Origin: Felis catus
Taxonomy: Eukaryota
NCBI RefSeq assembly: GCF_018350175.1
Contig: NC_058368.1
Span: forward strand, 39,434,001 to 39,498,000
Length of the DNA: 64,000 bases
Direction of reading: 5' to 3'
Below are positions 62,360 to 64,000 of this stretch, piece after piece; the stretch's first letter is position 1; every line of letters begins with the position of its first letter. Below the pieces are notes generated by a model. That model did not search any database, was not told where the DNA came from, and was given only the letters and a program-made list of their open reading frames with translations. The translations under genes were made by a program, and so were the position numbers.

Positions 62360-64000
62360 AAAAAGGCAATAGGTAAATGCTTCAAAAAACATTTATTGAG
62401 TTCCCACTATGACCAGACAATATGGTAAAATTTAGCTTTACACTGATCTTAAATTGATGGCTGATTAATTATTTTGCTTCTCTGTTGATCTGTTAGCACA
62501 ACGGTACGCTCCAGAAACAAAACAGACAAACATGATAACCCAAACAACTGTTTATATCCTCACTGTCATTTCTCCAGTTTTCAACTCACACTGCCGAAAG
62601 GATTGTAAGAAATATGAAAAATCATGGCATATAAAAATATAACACACTAGATGGGAACCGGGAGACAACATTTTCACCGGAGAGACTTGAAAGTGATAAT
62701 AAAATGGAAGACATATTTCCTCTCTTTAAAAAGAAAATAATAACCTAACTTACACTGTTTTAGTTTTTCAGTTAATACAGATGATTATTCTGTATTTATT
62801 CAAGTGGAGTCACTTCCTTTAAAAAGCTATGCACAGCTGAAGCTAAAGAACTTTAGTCTGAATTCTTACCTTAGGTCTGTTTGATATGAGGATGACTCTG
62901 AGAGCAGAAGCATCCTCTGCATAAATGCCAAAATGTGCTTTGATTGAACATGCTTCCCTGCACCCATCTAAGACACATACTCACTCAACTACCTTCAGTG
63001 TGTTGGGGATTCCATTGAGTCTCTTCTTACTCTACTAATCTGCAATACCTATTTCATATGAATTAGAGAATTCAGAACCTAAAAGAAAGCTTCCTCTAGT
63101 TTGACCCTGTCTATTTACAGATAGACTTGCCTGAGGTTAAGCAGCTTTCTACTAAAAGAGGAGTGAAAACTAGGATTCTCTATCTCTGTCTAATTTTAGA
63201 ATAAATACACAGTATAGTCATTTTTTTTAGTCCTGTCTGCTGGCACCATGTAATTGATCTTTCCAGACTTGTGTACATAAAAAGCATAAGATATAAGGTA
63301 TCCTTCATAAAACTATGAAATAATTCCATAACTCTAAATGCATATAAATCTTGAATTCAATCATATACTATAGAAATAGACATAAATATGGATTTTTTTC
63401 TAGAATTTGTTTTACTAACAACAACAAAAAAGGAAACAGATATATTAAATGAGCCAAATTTTAACCTAAACAGGAAACATTTCTCTATATTCCTTGGGAT
63501 TTCTCTATTCCTTTAAAGCTACAACACTTAAAAATGTCAGAACCATTTGGCAATAATTGTTGAAGATACGCATGTGACACATACTTTTAGTTTTTCTTTT
63601 GTTCTGTTTTATTTACTGCTGAATTATGGTAAAATACATTTGGGGAAAAAAATAATCATCCACAGACGAGAAATGTAAAATGAGTTGTAGGTATGTTAAC
63701 AACCTTTCAGTTAAAACAACTGTTGTTTGGCATTAAAAAACAAAACAAACAAACAAAAAAAACCTTCAATGAGTTACTATCCCTGAGATCTCATTTAATC
63801 TGAGATACAGTTTTAAACTATTAATATTTTAATTCTATACTGTTCTAAATTTAAATACCTTCTATGGCATTATAAAGTCAGATATCTTAAGAAAAATAGA
63901 CTTTAAAAAGTCCAATATTTATTAGAAGTAAACTGAGCAATGATAAACTATTACTTTCTGTTTTAAAAGTCCATTTATTTTCCTTCTGATAAGACATACT

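Noticed and set aside
1..64000. SINE strand bias as evidence of host-gene orientation, and any novel gene system
   Set aside because: About 13 minus vs 9 plus SINEs is uninformative; no gene cluster, RNA gene or intact mobile ORF is visible.

Overview
AT-rich, CpG-depleted mammalian genomic DNA, almost certainly from a feliform carnivore and probably a felid. It carries about 22 tRNA-derived Can-SINEs, several of the young cat-type form (GGGGCGCCTGGGTGGCGCAGTCGGTTAAGCGTCCGACTTCAGCCAGGTCACG...). I recognise no host protein-coding exon, RNA gene or CpG island, so the window reads as a large intron or intergenic region. The only translatable homology is a dead carnivore LINE-1 (~5.66-10.53 kb) with 5'UTR, disrupted ORF1, ORF2 endonuclease, a large internal deletion, 3' end and four nested SINEs. 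The rest is older L1M, L2, MIR, MaLR/ERVL fragments, microsatellites and some repeat-poor stretches. I found no new gene system. The notable signals are mutational footprints: a ~50-bp piece of flanking unique DNA copied into the broken L1 and later tandemly duplicated via TCAAA microhomology, a near-identical inverted SINE pair with hints of gene conversion, an L1 with twin-priming geometry, and TA-rich palindromes and expansions. Repeat family names are by-eye recognition, not database results, and boundaries of old repeats are approximate.
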